Source: the human T2T-CHM13v2.0 reference genome, Homo sapiens
DNA: 64,000 nucleotides
NCBI RefSeq assembly: GCF_009914755.1
Contig: NC_060938.1
Strand: one strand, 5' to 3'
Below the pieces are notes generated by a model. It worked only from the letters and a program-made list of their open reading frames with translations. It was not told the DNA's origin and ran no database searches. How positions within the stretch are numbered: position 1 is the stretch's first letter; every line of letters begins with the position of its first letter. The position numbers and the translations under genes are program-made. Shown here piece after piece: positions 1 through 14,145 of this stretch.

Positions 1-1549
1 AGGTACTCAGAGAATATATGAGAATAAATGAATAACAGCTTCTCCTTCTAGTAATGTATTGGCTTTTCCTTTAAGACCAAGTATAGGTACTTTGACACTT
101 TAAAATTAGGTGTCCTTTTTGCTTTTAAGAGATGAAGTTTTATGTACCTGAAGCTATTAGTTATATTTTTATTTTCAACTACTTTTTTGCCTGCTTGATC
201 TTTCAGAGACTTAAAATGTTTTTTTAATGCATGTCTTAAATGTTTTTTATACATTTCAATGCTGTGTGTCTCCGCAAAATTGTTTATGATGCTGATGTCT
301 TCATTGCGAATTTTGTCTTTTATCCTTTGTAAAACTAACTTCTCTGTCATTTAATGCTCTTTGCCTTAAATTTATCTTTTTCTGAAATTAGCCTTTATTT
401 CATTAAAAATAGGTGGGAAAATGAGAGAAAGTTCCCTGAGAGCTTCTTACTTTTCCTGTTTCCTCCCCTTAGCATCTGTGACTGCAGTATATGGCTTCCC
501 ATCCTAATTCAGCCTTGACCATGTTATGTCTCTGATAGCCATGCTTTCCAAAATGAATGTAGATCCAATGATATCGATGTAGGACCAAGAAAGAGAATGG
601 CTGTAGCCATCTCAGAAGTAGAGCCCAAGAAGAGAGATGGAGAGGAACCTCAGTTTCTGGTTGGTAGCTCTAGACCTAGGTCTGTATAAGGGCACATGGA
701 AGGGATGGGTATAAGCAAAGCTTTTACATCCAGACAGTATTCTGACAGGTTGTTACCTATGTTTCATTGACTGTTTAAAAATGTTTACTATCATCCTTCT
801 CTCACTAGATATTCCATTTTTTATACTGAAGCATGAGTTGGTTGTTCATTGTATTTCAGTCCAGCCTTACATGCACCACAGTAATACTCTCAGAGGTGAC
901 ATATCACTGATCACTATCCTTTGGTTCCTGCAGCACCAAGACCTTGCATGTTTTATGTTATGTTGGGAGTTTCACTGTCTTTGACCTGCCCATTGAATCA
1001 GACATGGATCCCTGATTGGAAATACATCTCAAGTCTGTAGTCAGCCATGTTTAATTTGAGTCTTGTGTTCTCCTTTTTTGCCTTCCCCAAGCTGCTTGAA
1101 AAGAGCCTTTTTATTTCAGAGGGAACTTTATATTTTGTGCAGGCGGTGTATTTCTGAAATGTTGCTCATTTTTATTGCAGACTTCTTCACTGCTGGGGGT
1201 TGTGCCAAATGTGGGATTTGATTCCTTGGGAAAGAGAAACCTCTGAGTTTTATATGCCAGAAAGTGTTATTACCCTTATCCTTCTTATCACTGAAGGCTG
1301 TGATGTTCCATCTGAGGTTCTCTATATTGAGAAGACAGCTCTGTGTCCTTCCTGGCCTGGCTGGGTTTTGGAAGGCAGAATTTGCTCAGTTGTGTTATGC
1401 CATTATATGATGTGCTGACTAGTCATTTATGTTTGGCTTCTACCTTCAATTGATTGTCTTGCAATGGTTTGATTAGAGCCCCAAACACAGTGGGTTGTGC
1501 ATTTACTAAGTTGTATTGGACAGTGTTGTGGTTGGGATGACAATGATTA

Positions 1550-1775
1550 TAATCACTATCGCTTCCTGAAAGCCTGCTTACTGTACGAGTTCTAAATGCT
1601 TTATGTACACTAAATCATTCAATCCTCCCAACAATTCTGTAAATACTATTAACTCCATTTTACAAAAGAGGAAGCTGAGGCACAGAGCATTTAAACTTAC
1701 CAGGGTCACACAGCTCATATTTGACAGACCAAGATTTGAATATAGGCAGCCTGTCTCTTAACCACAATGTTATGG
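1550..1775 (-). mobile_element. MIR SINE
   Basis: ccattttacaaaagaggaagctgaggcacagag core. Confidence 0.75.
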
Positions 1776-2405
1776 TCTCTCTATACAGAATTAACTGTGA
1801 AATTCCTCTGTTCATTTAAACTTTTAGGTGAGTTGGAAAAATTTTTATATTAATTTATGTGTTAATTATAAGTGTCAAAGTAGGATTAAGGTTTACCTGA
1901 AAAGGCTAATTAAGGAGAACAGGTTTATGACTGAATGGGAAAAGACATTAAAATGTTACCATTCTGAGAGACCAAAGTCTTATGTTCTTCTATTGTACAA
2001 CTAGTGCTGAAATAAATACTCTTTTTTTAAAAAAAAGTAAACCCCATACTATTTTTAATTGAGTTTAAAAGATAATTGTAAAAGAAAATTTACAATTAAT
2101 TTATAACTATGAACTTGAAAGTATTGTGCATAATGACAGTACCTTAAAGTGTAATTCAGAAAAAGTAGGAGAAACTGAGTGGAATTTATCAGGTGAAATC
2201 AAAGACAAATGTGGAATGTTTTAACATTAAGTTCTGGGAACTATTTCTTAATACTGAAAGTAGCTATCCTATCCCTCAGTGCAAAATTCAGAATGAGGCC
2301 AGAGTAGCAAGCTTTGCATAACTACTTTTCATCTGAGTGGTTCCCATAGGGCCAGCCTGAGCATCACAGTTAAGAATGAAATGGTTCTTTTTTCTCCCCT
2401 GCAAC

Positions 2406-2551
<146 letters not shown>

Positions 2552-5500
2552 TTGTGAAGTGGTCCCTTTGGAGCACAGTCTTGGGTGAATGTGGGAGGAA
2601 AAGGAGATAGAAAGAGCATCATGTTCTTCCAATACTTGGGGCAGCCATGTTTCATGCTGGGAATAGGCGTCGGGCTTTTCCACTGCACCTGCTTGAGCGA
2701 ATAGCGGTGCCCACTGGTGGTTTTCTGTTGATTGTGAAGACTCTTGATGAGTGTATGGAGATCATTTGGAACTCTAAAAATGACATGTTACACTTCCTTT
2801 CGGGAGTTCTATTCCCAGAATAGCACAGTTCTTTGAAATCCTCATTTAAATGAGCCTCATGATTTGTGGAAGGTGAGAATGCACACACCTGCTTTGCAAA
2901 TTGATAAACTATGCCCTAAATTCATAACAGGTGGTTTGCTTGAAGTAGAGTAGTGAGTCAGCAGTGGGGCTATCAATAGAATCCAGTCAATAGTTCTGTC
3001 GCTCACCCTCTGACCTCGCTTTTGATGTTAGTCTAGTTGGAAAAAAAAAAAAGTAGTAGGAGGAGATTGATGGTTTTATCAGCTGAGGCCATTGCCTTTC
3101 TCTGTGTGTATGTGTGTGTACACATTGATATGTTTGTGTGTGTTTCTGTGTTTGCCTGTGTTTTCTGAATCATTTTTGCCAAGTGGTATCTTCTTCCTAC
3201 TTCCCAGATGGTAGTTCTGATTTTTTTTCTTTTGGAAATTGCTCACAAATCAGAAGGCTTCACTTGCCAGTTGACAGATTTTAACAGCAGCTGGTAGCTG
3301 ACCACCCTCCACCACCCATCCCTCCCACCTTCTTCCATGAAGAGGCATCAGGAGATAGCACAGATAAGCTGTAAGATGTTTAGCTTTGTTAAGGAGGTTA
3401 GGACAGTAGGAAAATTTGACCATTATTGAAAATATTCAATACAAAGCCAAACTGAAATGTATCTTTCTGCTCAGATTAAAGCCATTTTTGCCAATGTCTC
3501 TGACTCCGTATTTTGATCAATTCCTTTTCAGTCGCATGGTAGTTTTGTCCGCTTATATCATCCTGCCGGGAAAAAAATTAGTTTTGAAAGTGTTTTAAAC
3601 AGAACTTACTCAGAGAATATTGAAAATGCAACCATTGTGATGTTGATGTTATGCGATGGATCCTCTGTGTGGAAATCGTTCTGAAATGTCTTTGGATGAT
3701 GAATTGTACGGAGACAAGTGTGGCCTCAATTTACCTTAATTTGTTGGGAAATAAGAGATACATAGAACTACACCAGTCCAAATCCCATCTAGATTTGTGC
3801 TATACATTTTGTTTATTACTCTCACTTTCTCTTTCACACAATTGCAGTTGAACTACCTGTTTCACTTCTTGCCAGGAGCAGAATGTAGCTCTGATCAGTC
3901 TGCCATAGGTATAAAGGTTTTTGTTTTTCATTTGGTTATTTGTTAATCACATTCAAAGGTGGCTTTAACCTTTCTCTCAATTAGCCAAGAGTGTATTATC
4001 ATTGATTGAATTCAAGCATTGATGAAACAAAATGGATTTTCAGACAGTGGCCTTTTGTATTTATAAAATGAAAGCTGCAAAGAAAGGAAATCAAAGCCAT
4101 AATTTATCTGTTGCATTTGGTTATTAATAAGCACCAGAGATGCCATATCATTTGATTTCAGGTTGAATAATGTGCTCCCAGACTATGTGGGATTGAAGCC
4201 TAGGCTACTTTGAGCCTGCTAACTTAGCTGCCTCAGTTTCCTTATCTATAAAATGCAGGAAATAATAGTGCCTGCCTCACAGTATTGCTGTGAGAATTAC
4301 ATGGGATGTTTGTAAAGCACATAAGCTATACGACATAGACTTTCTTGAACTGTTAAAACCTGCTTTGTGTAATATTTTGCAAGTTTGCTTTAAAGTCTCT
4401 TTGAAAATATATGGCTTGTGTTAAAAAATGGAAGGCCACAATGCATAAATAAATACAAGCCTCCTCCCTATATGAAACACAACCATGCCTTTAAAACTGA
4501 TTCCTATTTGGTTGAGTTCAGAGAAAGAGACTTGCCAATCTGGATTTCGAATGAGCTAAACCGCATTAATTTGCTGGTCTATTCACATTTAGCACAAACA
4601 CTATAGTTAGAAAAACACTGTGGAGCTGTTCAGAAATGGAGATGATGTTCACAGTGTATTTTAAAGGTGGAAGAAAATAGTTCAACTTCATTTGAAAGGC
4701 AAATAGCTACTAATCTATGTGAACAGGTAGTTGAACTTTCGGGCATCTTTTCCCTTCTACTAATCATGAAAACAAGAGGGGCAAATGTGAGCCTGGAAGT
4801 GAGAAGAATCACAGTGTTTTAGAGCTAAAAGTAAGTTAAAATCCAGGAGAGTCCCCTCATTACTGTCGAGGAAACTGAGACCTGGAGAATATATAATAGT
4901 GAACTTGCTGTAAACCACATGATTAGGTGGTGACAGGGAGCAGACCTTATGATTCATGTAATGACTCAATATAAGCTCAACTCCCTGGGTAAATTAAAAC
5001 ATCTAGGTAAGATGGTAACTTACAATTGATCAATCCTTGACACCGGGGAAACAAGCCTTGTACTGGAATTAATAGTGGGTGGTGTCTGTATCAGAGTTTC
5101 ACCCAAAGAGGAAGGCTTTAAGTGTTTCTGCTACTGAAAGACTGTTGCGATAAGGGAGGGCCTATACAGAGACGATGGACTTCATCTGAACCCTAAAAGC
5201 AAGAGGCTGTAGATACTAAAATCTAAGAAAGGCAGCAGCACAATTTGCAGACTATAAAAATGGAAGGGAATTTAATGGAGTACAGAATATCAGGTGAATT
5301 GCCTTGACAATGGCTAGAGAGGTTAGAAGGAAATTCGGTGGCTTGGATGACGAAAACGGGAATGATGAATTAAATGACCCAGTAAGTTGAGTGAAAAGAA
5401 AGCATGTGACATTGAAGGAAACTCAAGTTACAAAAGAAGGGTAGAAGCTTAAAAGAAAAGAGGGAGAATGTTGGCATGATTGCTAGCACCTGAACATCTT

Positions 5501-6939
5501 AATAAAATTTAAAATTCCATAGAAATGTAGGATGCTGTTAAGGTAATTTTGTCATTTTCTTCACTATGGTAAAACCATTTAGTCTTTGTGGCTTTTAATT
5601 CCTTTCTTGGTAAGATAAGAATTAGAATAGTATACCATCCTAAAAGTCTGTTAGTCTATGACATTTAAAAGAATCAAGGATCATTTTCTTGACTCCTGCA
5701 AGCAGTGGCAATTTTGAATCTATTATTTTGTAATATCCATTAGCTTAGGATGGTTTTCTGTACCTAATACACAGAAAATTCTTACTTGAATTTATGAATA
5801 TATTAGTTATTTGAGCTTATAAAAATGAATTCACATAGGGTAATGATACTGAATAATGACAATGATATTTTAGCTGTAAATTCCTAATTAGTTTTGCAAG
5901 CAAAACTCTCATCCGGAAGTTTTGGAAATCTGATTAAACATAATATTGACAGATCGTGGAGCTTCTACAGTTAGTAAAAAAAAAAAATTAAGGTAAATTT
6001 AACAGATTAAAATGAACTTATTTAATTAGGGTGGAGGGAGGAGTGGTTGTTTCAGGACTAAAATATTTTGGTAAACACAATCTTTTTTTTTGTTACAGCC
6101 CATTTAGCTAATGAAAGTGTCACTACAATGAAAGAAATTTGCATCCCTAATTGTTTTGGGTATAAACCCATCTGAATTGGTTCACTTTTAATTCTAATTT
6201 TAGAAATATAGCAACTGTTAAATGCAAATCTAATACTAGATCATAAATTACAATTTAACAAACTTTGAAAAACATTTCATGAAATAAGGTACCACTGAAG
6301 TTCAGTTAGCATACTAAACTTAAGGAAAAATATTTCTCGGTAAATATTTCAGAAAAAATACAATATAGAAAATAATAGATGGCTAAATATTGTATTTGAT
6401 TTTAAATATTAAGGCAAGAGGACATCTTAAAAACCATAGGACAGTTGAAAAGTAAGTATATAGCTATTTTATAAATCAAAATAAGAATGTGTACCTTCGG
6501 ATTGTGTTATGAATGAAATCAACTGCATTTTTTTTTCTCCTGAAAGTCAAAGTGGAAATAAAATATTTGACAATATGACTGATAAGTGTATAAATCTTGG
6601 TTATCATATGAGGGATATCTTTCCTCCCCGGCCTGTTGCACAAAGCACAGGAACTGGCAAAATGTGGTCTATCCATCAAAGGGAATATTACTTGGTTATA
6701 AAAAAGGATACCTCACTTTTTAATTTTCAAAGCAAGAACACATATTCTGGAAGAAATTTAGTAATCATGAATCAGTTGAGTTGTTTTACAAGTTCATGAG
6801 CCAATGTGAAGAAAGAGAGTATATGAGAGCATGAGTGAGGTGGAACGGAGAGGGACTGAGTTAGTGCCCCATAGGAAATGGAAAGACATGAGAGCTGCTG
6901 TATGATTTATGAATATATAATTAATATCCAATGAAAAAA

Positions 6940-8146
6940 CAGCCTTCTCATACACACAATAAACTCAGATAGACCCATAGACATAAATGTAAAAGTTAAA
7001 ACAATAAAACTTTTAGAAAGAAACCTGAGAGTAAATCTTCATGACTTTGGGTTATGCAAAGCCATATTAGATATAACACTAAAAGCACAAGTGACAAAAC
7101 AAAAAATTAGATATATTGGATGTTATTGAAATTCAGAATTTTTGTGCTGAAAATGATACGATGAGCAAAGTGAAAAGACAACCTAAAGAATGAGGGAAAG
7201 CACTTGCAAATTTTATATCTAGTAAGGGACATGCATCAAGAATGTGTAAAGAGTTATTACAGCTAAATAATAAAAAGCCCAATTAAAATGGGCAGAGAAC
7301 TTGAATATGTCTATTTTTCTAAAGAAGATATACAAATGACCAATAAGTATATGAAAAAATACTCAACATTCTTAGCTATCAGAGCAAAGCAGATTGAAAC
7401 CACTATGAGGTGCCACCTTGTACCCACCAGCAAGGCTGTAATAAAAAAGACAGATAATAACAAGTGTTGGTGAGGATGTGGAAAAATTGGAACCTTAATA
7501 TACTGCTGGTGGGAATGTTAAATTGTTTAGCCCCTTTGGAAAATAGTATAGCAGTTCATCAACAGATTAAACATAGAGTTACCATAGAACCCAGCAGTGC
7601 CACTCCTAGGCATAAATTCAAGAGAAATGAAAACATATGTTCAAACAAAATCCTGTACATGAATATTCATAGTACCATCAGTCATAATAGCTGAAAAATG
7701 AACACAACCCAAATGTCCATCAACTGATGAATGCATCAACAAAATGTAGTCTATTCATCAAATGGAATATTACTTGGCTGTAAAAAGAATGAACTACTGA
7801 CATATGCTACAACATGGGTGAAGCTTGGCAACATGCAAATGAAAGAAGTCAGTAACAAGAGGCCACATATTATATGACTCTTTTTTATATGCAATGTCCA
7901 CAATAGGCCATTCCATATAGGCAGAAAGTAGATTATGCTGACTAGGGCTGAGGGGATGGGGGGATTCCAGGGGTGGGGGAGAATGGGTTGGTGACAGGTA
8001 GTAGATATGAGGTTTCCTTTTCGTGTGGTGAAAATGTGCTAAAATTGATTGTGATGGTTGCATAAGTCTGTACAACATTGTACTGTATACTTAAAATTGG
8101 TGAATTGTTATGTGATTATATATCAATAAAGCTGTTTTTTAAAAAA
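6940..8146 (+). mobile_element. L1MB-like 3' fragment (ORF2 C-terminus, 3'UTR, aataaa)
   Basis: ORF 7288..7473 FSKEDIQMTNKYMKKYST..; ends tcaataaagctgtttttt. Confidence 0.82.
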
Positions 8147-9762
8147 GGCTTCCTCACAAACAAAACAAAAACTGTTCCAGTTGATCTTCCAGAAAATGAC
8201 AAAAGTTTTTCTGTCTGAGGGTGGATTTGACTGAGTGTCCTACCCCGAAAGCTTCTTAGTTTGCCTTGTGGCTTTGGTGTGACAGACAGTATTGTCTTTG
8301 AAGTGACCTTAAGTATTTACATATGTCGTCTGTTTTTCTGGTGCATTGGAAGGGTAATTTTTGAGTATGAAGGGTCAAATCTTCTGGGCACAGCTTGCCT
8401 CAAGAGCTCTGGTAGGTTCTTGTATGAAGGTTCTTTAACATGTTGCTAGACTCCCCTTAAATCCAATTTGGATCATGACCAGTTTTAGCATATATTCCAG
8501 AACTCAGCATGCAGCAGTTCCAAGGGCATGTAGCCCAGTTGTTTAGTATCTTATTTTTGAAAGTATGAATTCTTTCTATTTGTGCTGTGTACTGCTTTGA
8601 TTTTTACTTTGTCCTAATTATTTGGTCAGACTATTCTCTTAATCTTTTTACCATTTTATAATAGCTCTTAAGAATGTTGAATCCACTTAAGAGAAAAAGA
8701 ACATGAAGATAAAGGTTGGGTACAATACGGGAAGAAAATAATGAAGGAATATATATTTAATTCCATCAAAGAGACATATATCAATTTCCAGGTTTAGGGA
8801 AGAGAAGTGAAAATAGACTAATAAAAACTAAATTTGATTAACAGGGTTTCACTGTTGTGCACAGAGCCCTTGCTTACCAATGGGTGTTGTTCCACGCATT
8901 GCTTTGTAAGCTATTTGGAACTTGAAAGACACTTTCCTATAAAAGTTGGGGCTAAAATCCAGAGCACAAAAGCCCATTTAATCTGAATTTCATGTATATC
9001 TGAATTTCAAGGTGAAGAGTCCTATAAAGACTAATGAAATATATAATTGATTCATTCAACAGATCCGTATTAAGCACCCATTGTGCTGGTTATGGTGATA
9101 GATGCTTTTCCATGTTAGATGCTCTTAGAATTCCTACTCCTCCAACTACAGTAGGATGGGGCTAATTAATTACTGCCTTCATTCAATAAATATTTATCGA
9201 GCAGCTGCTGTTGGGCTGACACTGTGCAAGCTATGTAGGCTCTGAGGATGCAGAGAGAGGGATCCTGCTTCTACTTTTAAGGAGCTGTCAGTCTGGTCAG
9301 GGGAATATTACAAGTAAAGGGAGAGCTTCAGATTATTTTGGTAAGTGCTTCCATAGGGGTAAGCACAGGGCGTAGGAGGAATGAAAATGAGGGAAAGGAA
9401 CCCAAGCTGAGATTTGTTTTCTGTGGGAGGTGGAGAATAGATCTCAAAGCAGGTGAAGCTTAGAGCATTTTGAAGAATGAGTTAAAGTTGGAAATGAGAG
9501 TATGGGAGCAGAGACATCCTGGGCATAGAAACATGAGGATCTGAAAAAAGAAAAGAGGTAACCACGCATTGGTTGGGTATGGCTGGAAGCGGAGATGGGC
9601 AGGGTGGGGATGTGGAGAAAGCTGAGGCTAGAGGTAGTGTTGAATACATGTGTCAAGAGTTCAGGAGAGAGAGGGATGGAGAAGCTGCCCTGCTGGCCAT
9701 CAGTATGGAGGTGGGAGTTGGAGCTGTGGGTTAAGATTTGCAGAGACAGCATATGGACTCAG

Positions 9763-10125
9763 TGTGCTAGTCCATTCTCATGCGGCTAATAAAGACATAC
9801 CCAAAACTGCCTAATTTATTAAGGAAAGAGTTTCAATGGACTCACAGTTCCACATGGCTAGGGAGGCCTCATGATCATGGCAGAAGGCAAAGGAGGAGCA
9901 AAGGCACATCTTACGTGGTGGCAGGCAAGAGAGCCTGTGCAGGGGAGCTGTCCTTTATAAAACTATCAGCTCTCATGAGACTTATTCACTAGCATGAGAA
10001 AAGCACGGGAAAAACCCGCCCTCATGATTCAATCACCTCCCACCAGGTCCCTCCCATGACACATGGGGATTATGGGAGCTACAATTCAAGATGAGATTTG
10101 GGTGGGGACACAGGCACACCATATA
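9763..10125 (-). mobile_element. THE1-type (MaLR) solo LTR
   Basis: gctaataaagacataccc...gatgagatttgggtggggacacag motifs; TSD CTCAG/CTGAG. Confidence 0.88.
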
Positions 10126-10736
10126 CTGAGCAAGTGCTCACAGTAGATTCCTGAGGAGCACTGGTGCCAAGAGATGGTAGAAGAAATGAGTTGGCTTCAG
10201 GGGCTGAGACGAACAAAGAGAACAGAGGAAAATGAGGCTGTGTTGTCATGGAGGACAAGGGAAGGAACTTGGTCAGTGGCCACGTGTTCTGCTGAGAGGA
10301 TGGCAAAAGAGGACTGAAAAGCCTCCACTGTATGCAGCAACTAGGAACAAGTTATTGTGTTTCTTAGACACTTTTGCCTCTGAGCTACAGTCAGGTCTCA
10401 GATGCTCTGAGAATCTGGTCCGCACTTGAAATGAATTTCAGAAGCATGAGCTTTTTTTTTACCCCTTTGGCTTAGTTATGGCAGGATTCCTGTTCACAAG
10501 GTCTTGTAGTTTTTTAGTGTTTTCTTTGTGTTTATGTAACTTCCTTGCATACTCTGTCATCTCCAGACTCTATCCTGTGTCTTAAATTTATATTAATTTA
10601 CCAATAATCTCTTAGGGAAAAAGTTTACACGTCTTTATTAACTATCAACATGTGGTTCGGGATGTCTCTTCTAGAAATCAGGGACACATAATTAGCTTGT
10701 GTCTTAAATTGATGTTTTCAACACTATTCTTAATGC

Positions 10737-11040
10737 AGGTGCACAAACCTTTATCTGGAATTGTAAAAACCAAACCATCTAAAACTGGAATGTTTTTCTT
10801 GTCGTTAAGATTGTTTTAACTGAGATGAGGTTATTTAGAGTGTTTACTTATCTCTCTGTTAGTTTGAATAATCATGTTTTAATTATTAATGTGTTTTATT
10901 ACAAGGTGTTTCCTCAGACTCCACTGGGGTATTAAATAATACATGGTACATGTACCATATTGTCTTTTTAAAATCTGAAAGAACCTGAATCTTGAAACAT
11001 ATCTAGTCCCAAGGGTTCCAACAATGGACTTGGCATGTCT
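10737..11040. mobile_element. MER46C-like (TcMar-Tigger) MITE
   Basis: caggtgcacaaacctttatctggaa... and ...gaaacatatctagtcccaagggtt, degenerate terminal inverted repeats. Confidence 0.65.
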
Positions 11041-11258
11041 AAGCTAGTGACTCATCTGGGCTATTTCTGATTTCTTAAGTGAACCTGACTTTCCTGCCTG
11101 CTTTGTGGCCCCCCAGAGCCTTCTAGTGTCATAGAAGAGGGAGCTGGTGGTATTGTAATTGTATGTTGGTAACCTGTAGCCAGGCATGGGCAGAGGTCTT
11201 TTTATGATCACCATGTACATCTGCATCAGGCTTGAGCCTGGCATGTCATAGAGTCAAT

Positions 11259-11792
11259 ACTGTTGATTAAGCGGATGGATTTGTAAATAAGTGATTTTCC
11301 CTGAATTCACTTTTCTTTTCCTATCCTGCCTCCAGGCTTGGTTATAGCTCCACTCTGCCAGCTCTAAATAGGATGTGGATAGGGGTTTCTCCAGGGCCCA
11401 CACATGGCCGGTAGTTTCGCTTGCAGGCATCTCTGACGGATTTTGCTGCTGCTAGAGTGTGGTATATGGGTTGGATTCTGAGGCCACACTCAGGCAAGAG
11501 TACCATAACCAATTCACAGCCTCTACTTTTGATACAGAAGATACATGGTACTCTTTCCTGAGTGTGGCCTCAGAATCCAATTCATATACCATACTCTAGC
11601 AGCAGCAAAATCCATCAGGGGTGCCTGCAAGATTAATCTACTGGCCATGCATGGGCCCTGGAGAAACCCCTGTCCACGTCCTGTTTAGAGCTGGCAGAGT
11701 GGAGCTATGACAAACCTGGAAGCAGGATAGGAAAAGAAAAGTGAATTGAGGGAAAATCGCTTATTTACAAATCCGTCTGCTTAATCAACAGT
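11259..11792. repeat. Long inverted repeat: arms 11259-11506 and 11545-11792 (248 bp each, ~90% identical), 38-nt spacer
   Basis: Manual base-by-base alignment of the left arm with the reverse complement of the right arm. Confidence 0.97.
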
Positions 11793-11999
11793 GGCACATA
11801 TTCCATGATTTTGTTGATCCCAGCTACTGTGGAAAGCAAGGACTCCTTGGGTCCCAGGACTCATTTGTTTTGTGTCATTTTGGTTTTGAGGCCCAGCTCT
11901 CTGTCTGGCCTTTATAGTTCCCTGGAACCTGAGGAATGGAACACCTGGCATTTGTACTTTGTGTTGACCCAGCAGGAAAGTGTGATGGAAGGACTATGT

Positions 12000-12370
12000 A
12001 CTTGAGAATCAGAAAGGGCTCACCCACATGTTACTTAACTTTTCTGGGCTTCAGTAACTTCATCTGTTGAATAATGATTTAATAGCTTTCTCTGAGGATA
12101 TTGTAAGTTTTAAATGGAATATTATATGTAACATGAGGAGCACATGATAATGCCTAATAAACGTTGCGTAGAGTTCTTTTGTGCCTACAAAGTATTTCTT
12201 TTGCTTGTCACAACAACTTTGTAAGGCAAGGCAGGGATTATTATTCCCATTTATATATGAAGAAATGGAAGGTCAGAGAAGTAAAGTGACAAATGGCAAG
12301 TCACACAGCTAACAAGTGGCAGAACTAGGACCCTAACTTGGGTTTTTAAAATTCTAAATCCTTTATGCTT
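12000..12370. mobile_element. Two adjacent MIRs in opposite orientation (+ ~12000-12165, - ~12190-12370)
   Basis: ttacttaacttttctgggcttcagtaacttcatctg and cccatttatatatgaagaaatggaaggtcagaga cores. Confidence 0.65.
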
Positions 12371-13039
12371 CACTCCTCCTCTTCTTCAGTGAAGAAAAAA
12401 ATTTCTGGCTGTAAGGGGAAGTTTTGATCTAGTTTAGTTTAATTCAGCTAATGCTTTCAGTGTGCTAACAGTGATCCATCTTGGGGTTGTGGAGACCTAA
12501 TGCAGACCCTGCAGCTGCAGGGAACTTGCAGTGTTGAAAAGACAAGGCATGAGGTGCCTTGGTCATTATGAATAGAATGCCATGAAATCAGGGAGCAGTA
12601 ATGAATGATATTTGGGGCTATGATATTCTTATAGATTCATAAAGTATTCTAAGCTAAGAAGGCCCTAAAATCCACTTCCACATATTATGTATGCTAGGTC
12701 TATGTTGGGATAAGAGAGGGTAGCATTAGCTATGTGTGGGGACGCAAGGACATGCAACCTGAAGAAATAAGACATTAAATGAATAAAATGTTAATAAAGA
12801 TTTAAATAGCTAGTCAAGATAGAAGACATCACAAGATGATATATATTTATATGCTTAATGAATTTAATACATTTTTAATGCATTAAGAATAGAGACAGCA
12901 TTTATTGCAGGAATTCAGCAGACAGAGCAATATAAAGTTCTTTGGCCAAGATTTCATAATTATGTGTTGACAGAGGCAGATCTTGAACAGAGATCTCTGA
13001 ACTCTCACCTCTAATACTTTTGCACTTCACCACTATATG

Positions 13040-13089
13040 AGAATACATCTGGGCTCAAGTGATGGAAGCCAAATTCAGAGGGGCTTAAG

Positions 13090-13140
<51 letters not shown>

Positions 13141-13611
13141 ACTGGATTTTACTGACTCACATTAGTGAAAAGTGATATGCTAGGAAAGCGTATCCAGTGA
13201 GTGCTGGATACAAGAATGATTTGCTCCAGTTCACGGAGGGTGTTGAAAGCAGTAATCTAGCAGCAATCTTGGTTCTGCTTTTTTTTTTTCTCTTTTACTG
13301 TGTTGGCTTCTTTCTTAGGCAGAATTTCCCCAGATGATGGCAGATACCAGTTTATGTTCTACTTGTTTATCCACCACAGCTGCAGGAATGGGGAAGCTTG
13401 CTCATAATATTTCCAGCAAAGTCCTGAGGCTGGTTATCATTGGCTAGACTTGAGTTTTTTCCCCAGCCTAAAATGAAGGAATGTGGGATCAATCTCACCC
13501 AAACCTCATGAAGATATGGAGAGGGGTGGTTTTCTACAAGAAAATCAAGATATTGTTACTGAAAAAGAGAGAAAGATGCTAGAAGGTCAAAGTTAACATC
13601 TGCCTGCTACA
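13040..13611 (-). mobile_element. Old MLT1-family LTR containing a (CA)n tract
   Basis: aagtgatggaagccaaattcagaggggcttaagc...gactcacattagtgaaaag, similar to MLT1J/K ends. Confidence 0.5.
13093..13142 (+). repeat. (CA)n microsatellite, ~25 units
   Basis: Direct reading. Confidence 0.98.
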
Positions 13612-14145
13612 ACACATACATACAATTGGGACATTTCAAAAAGAGGTTTAAATAATAAGAACCTAAATCTTTAGGTATTTATCCACATAGTGATTTCAGG
13701 TGCATACATCCAGATTTATATTTGGTATTTTTCTTTTGCTTGCAGGACTGACATTAACATTTTTTGTTTTGCAGGTCTGACAGTGATGAATTCTTTCTGT
13801 AAAGTGTATTTTGCCTTCGTTTTTGAAAGATATTTTGTCTAAGTATAGAGTTCTGTCAGTTTTTTTCTTTCTGCATTTAAGAAATATTGTTTCACAGTGA
13901 GATTTTAAAATGAGAATTCTGCTGTCATCCTTATCCATGTTCCTCTGTACATGAAACATCTCTTTTTCCTCTACTGTTAAAAAATATATTATTTTTAGAG
14001 CAATTTTAGCTTTATGGAACTGGAGAGCAGAAAGTACCAAGAGGTCCCATATACTCTTACCTCTTCCTGCTTTGTTTCCCCTGTTAACATCTTAGATTGG
14101 TGTGGTACGTTTGTTACAATTGATGAACTGATATTGGTACCTTAT

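Noticed and set aside
48-350. 100-aa Lys-rich ORF on the minus strand
   Set aside because: A-rich sequence, probably a decayed L1; no domain recognised
11259-11792. Inverted repeat read as a MITE or a canonical pre-miRNA gene
   Set aside because: No TSD or recognisable transposon terminus; the stem is much longer than a pre-miRNA and I recognise no known miRNA, so it is reported only as a hairpin
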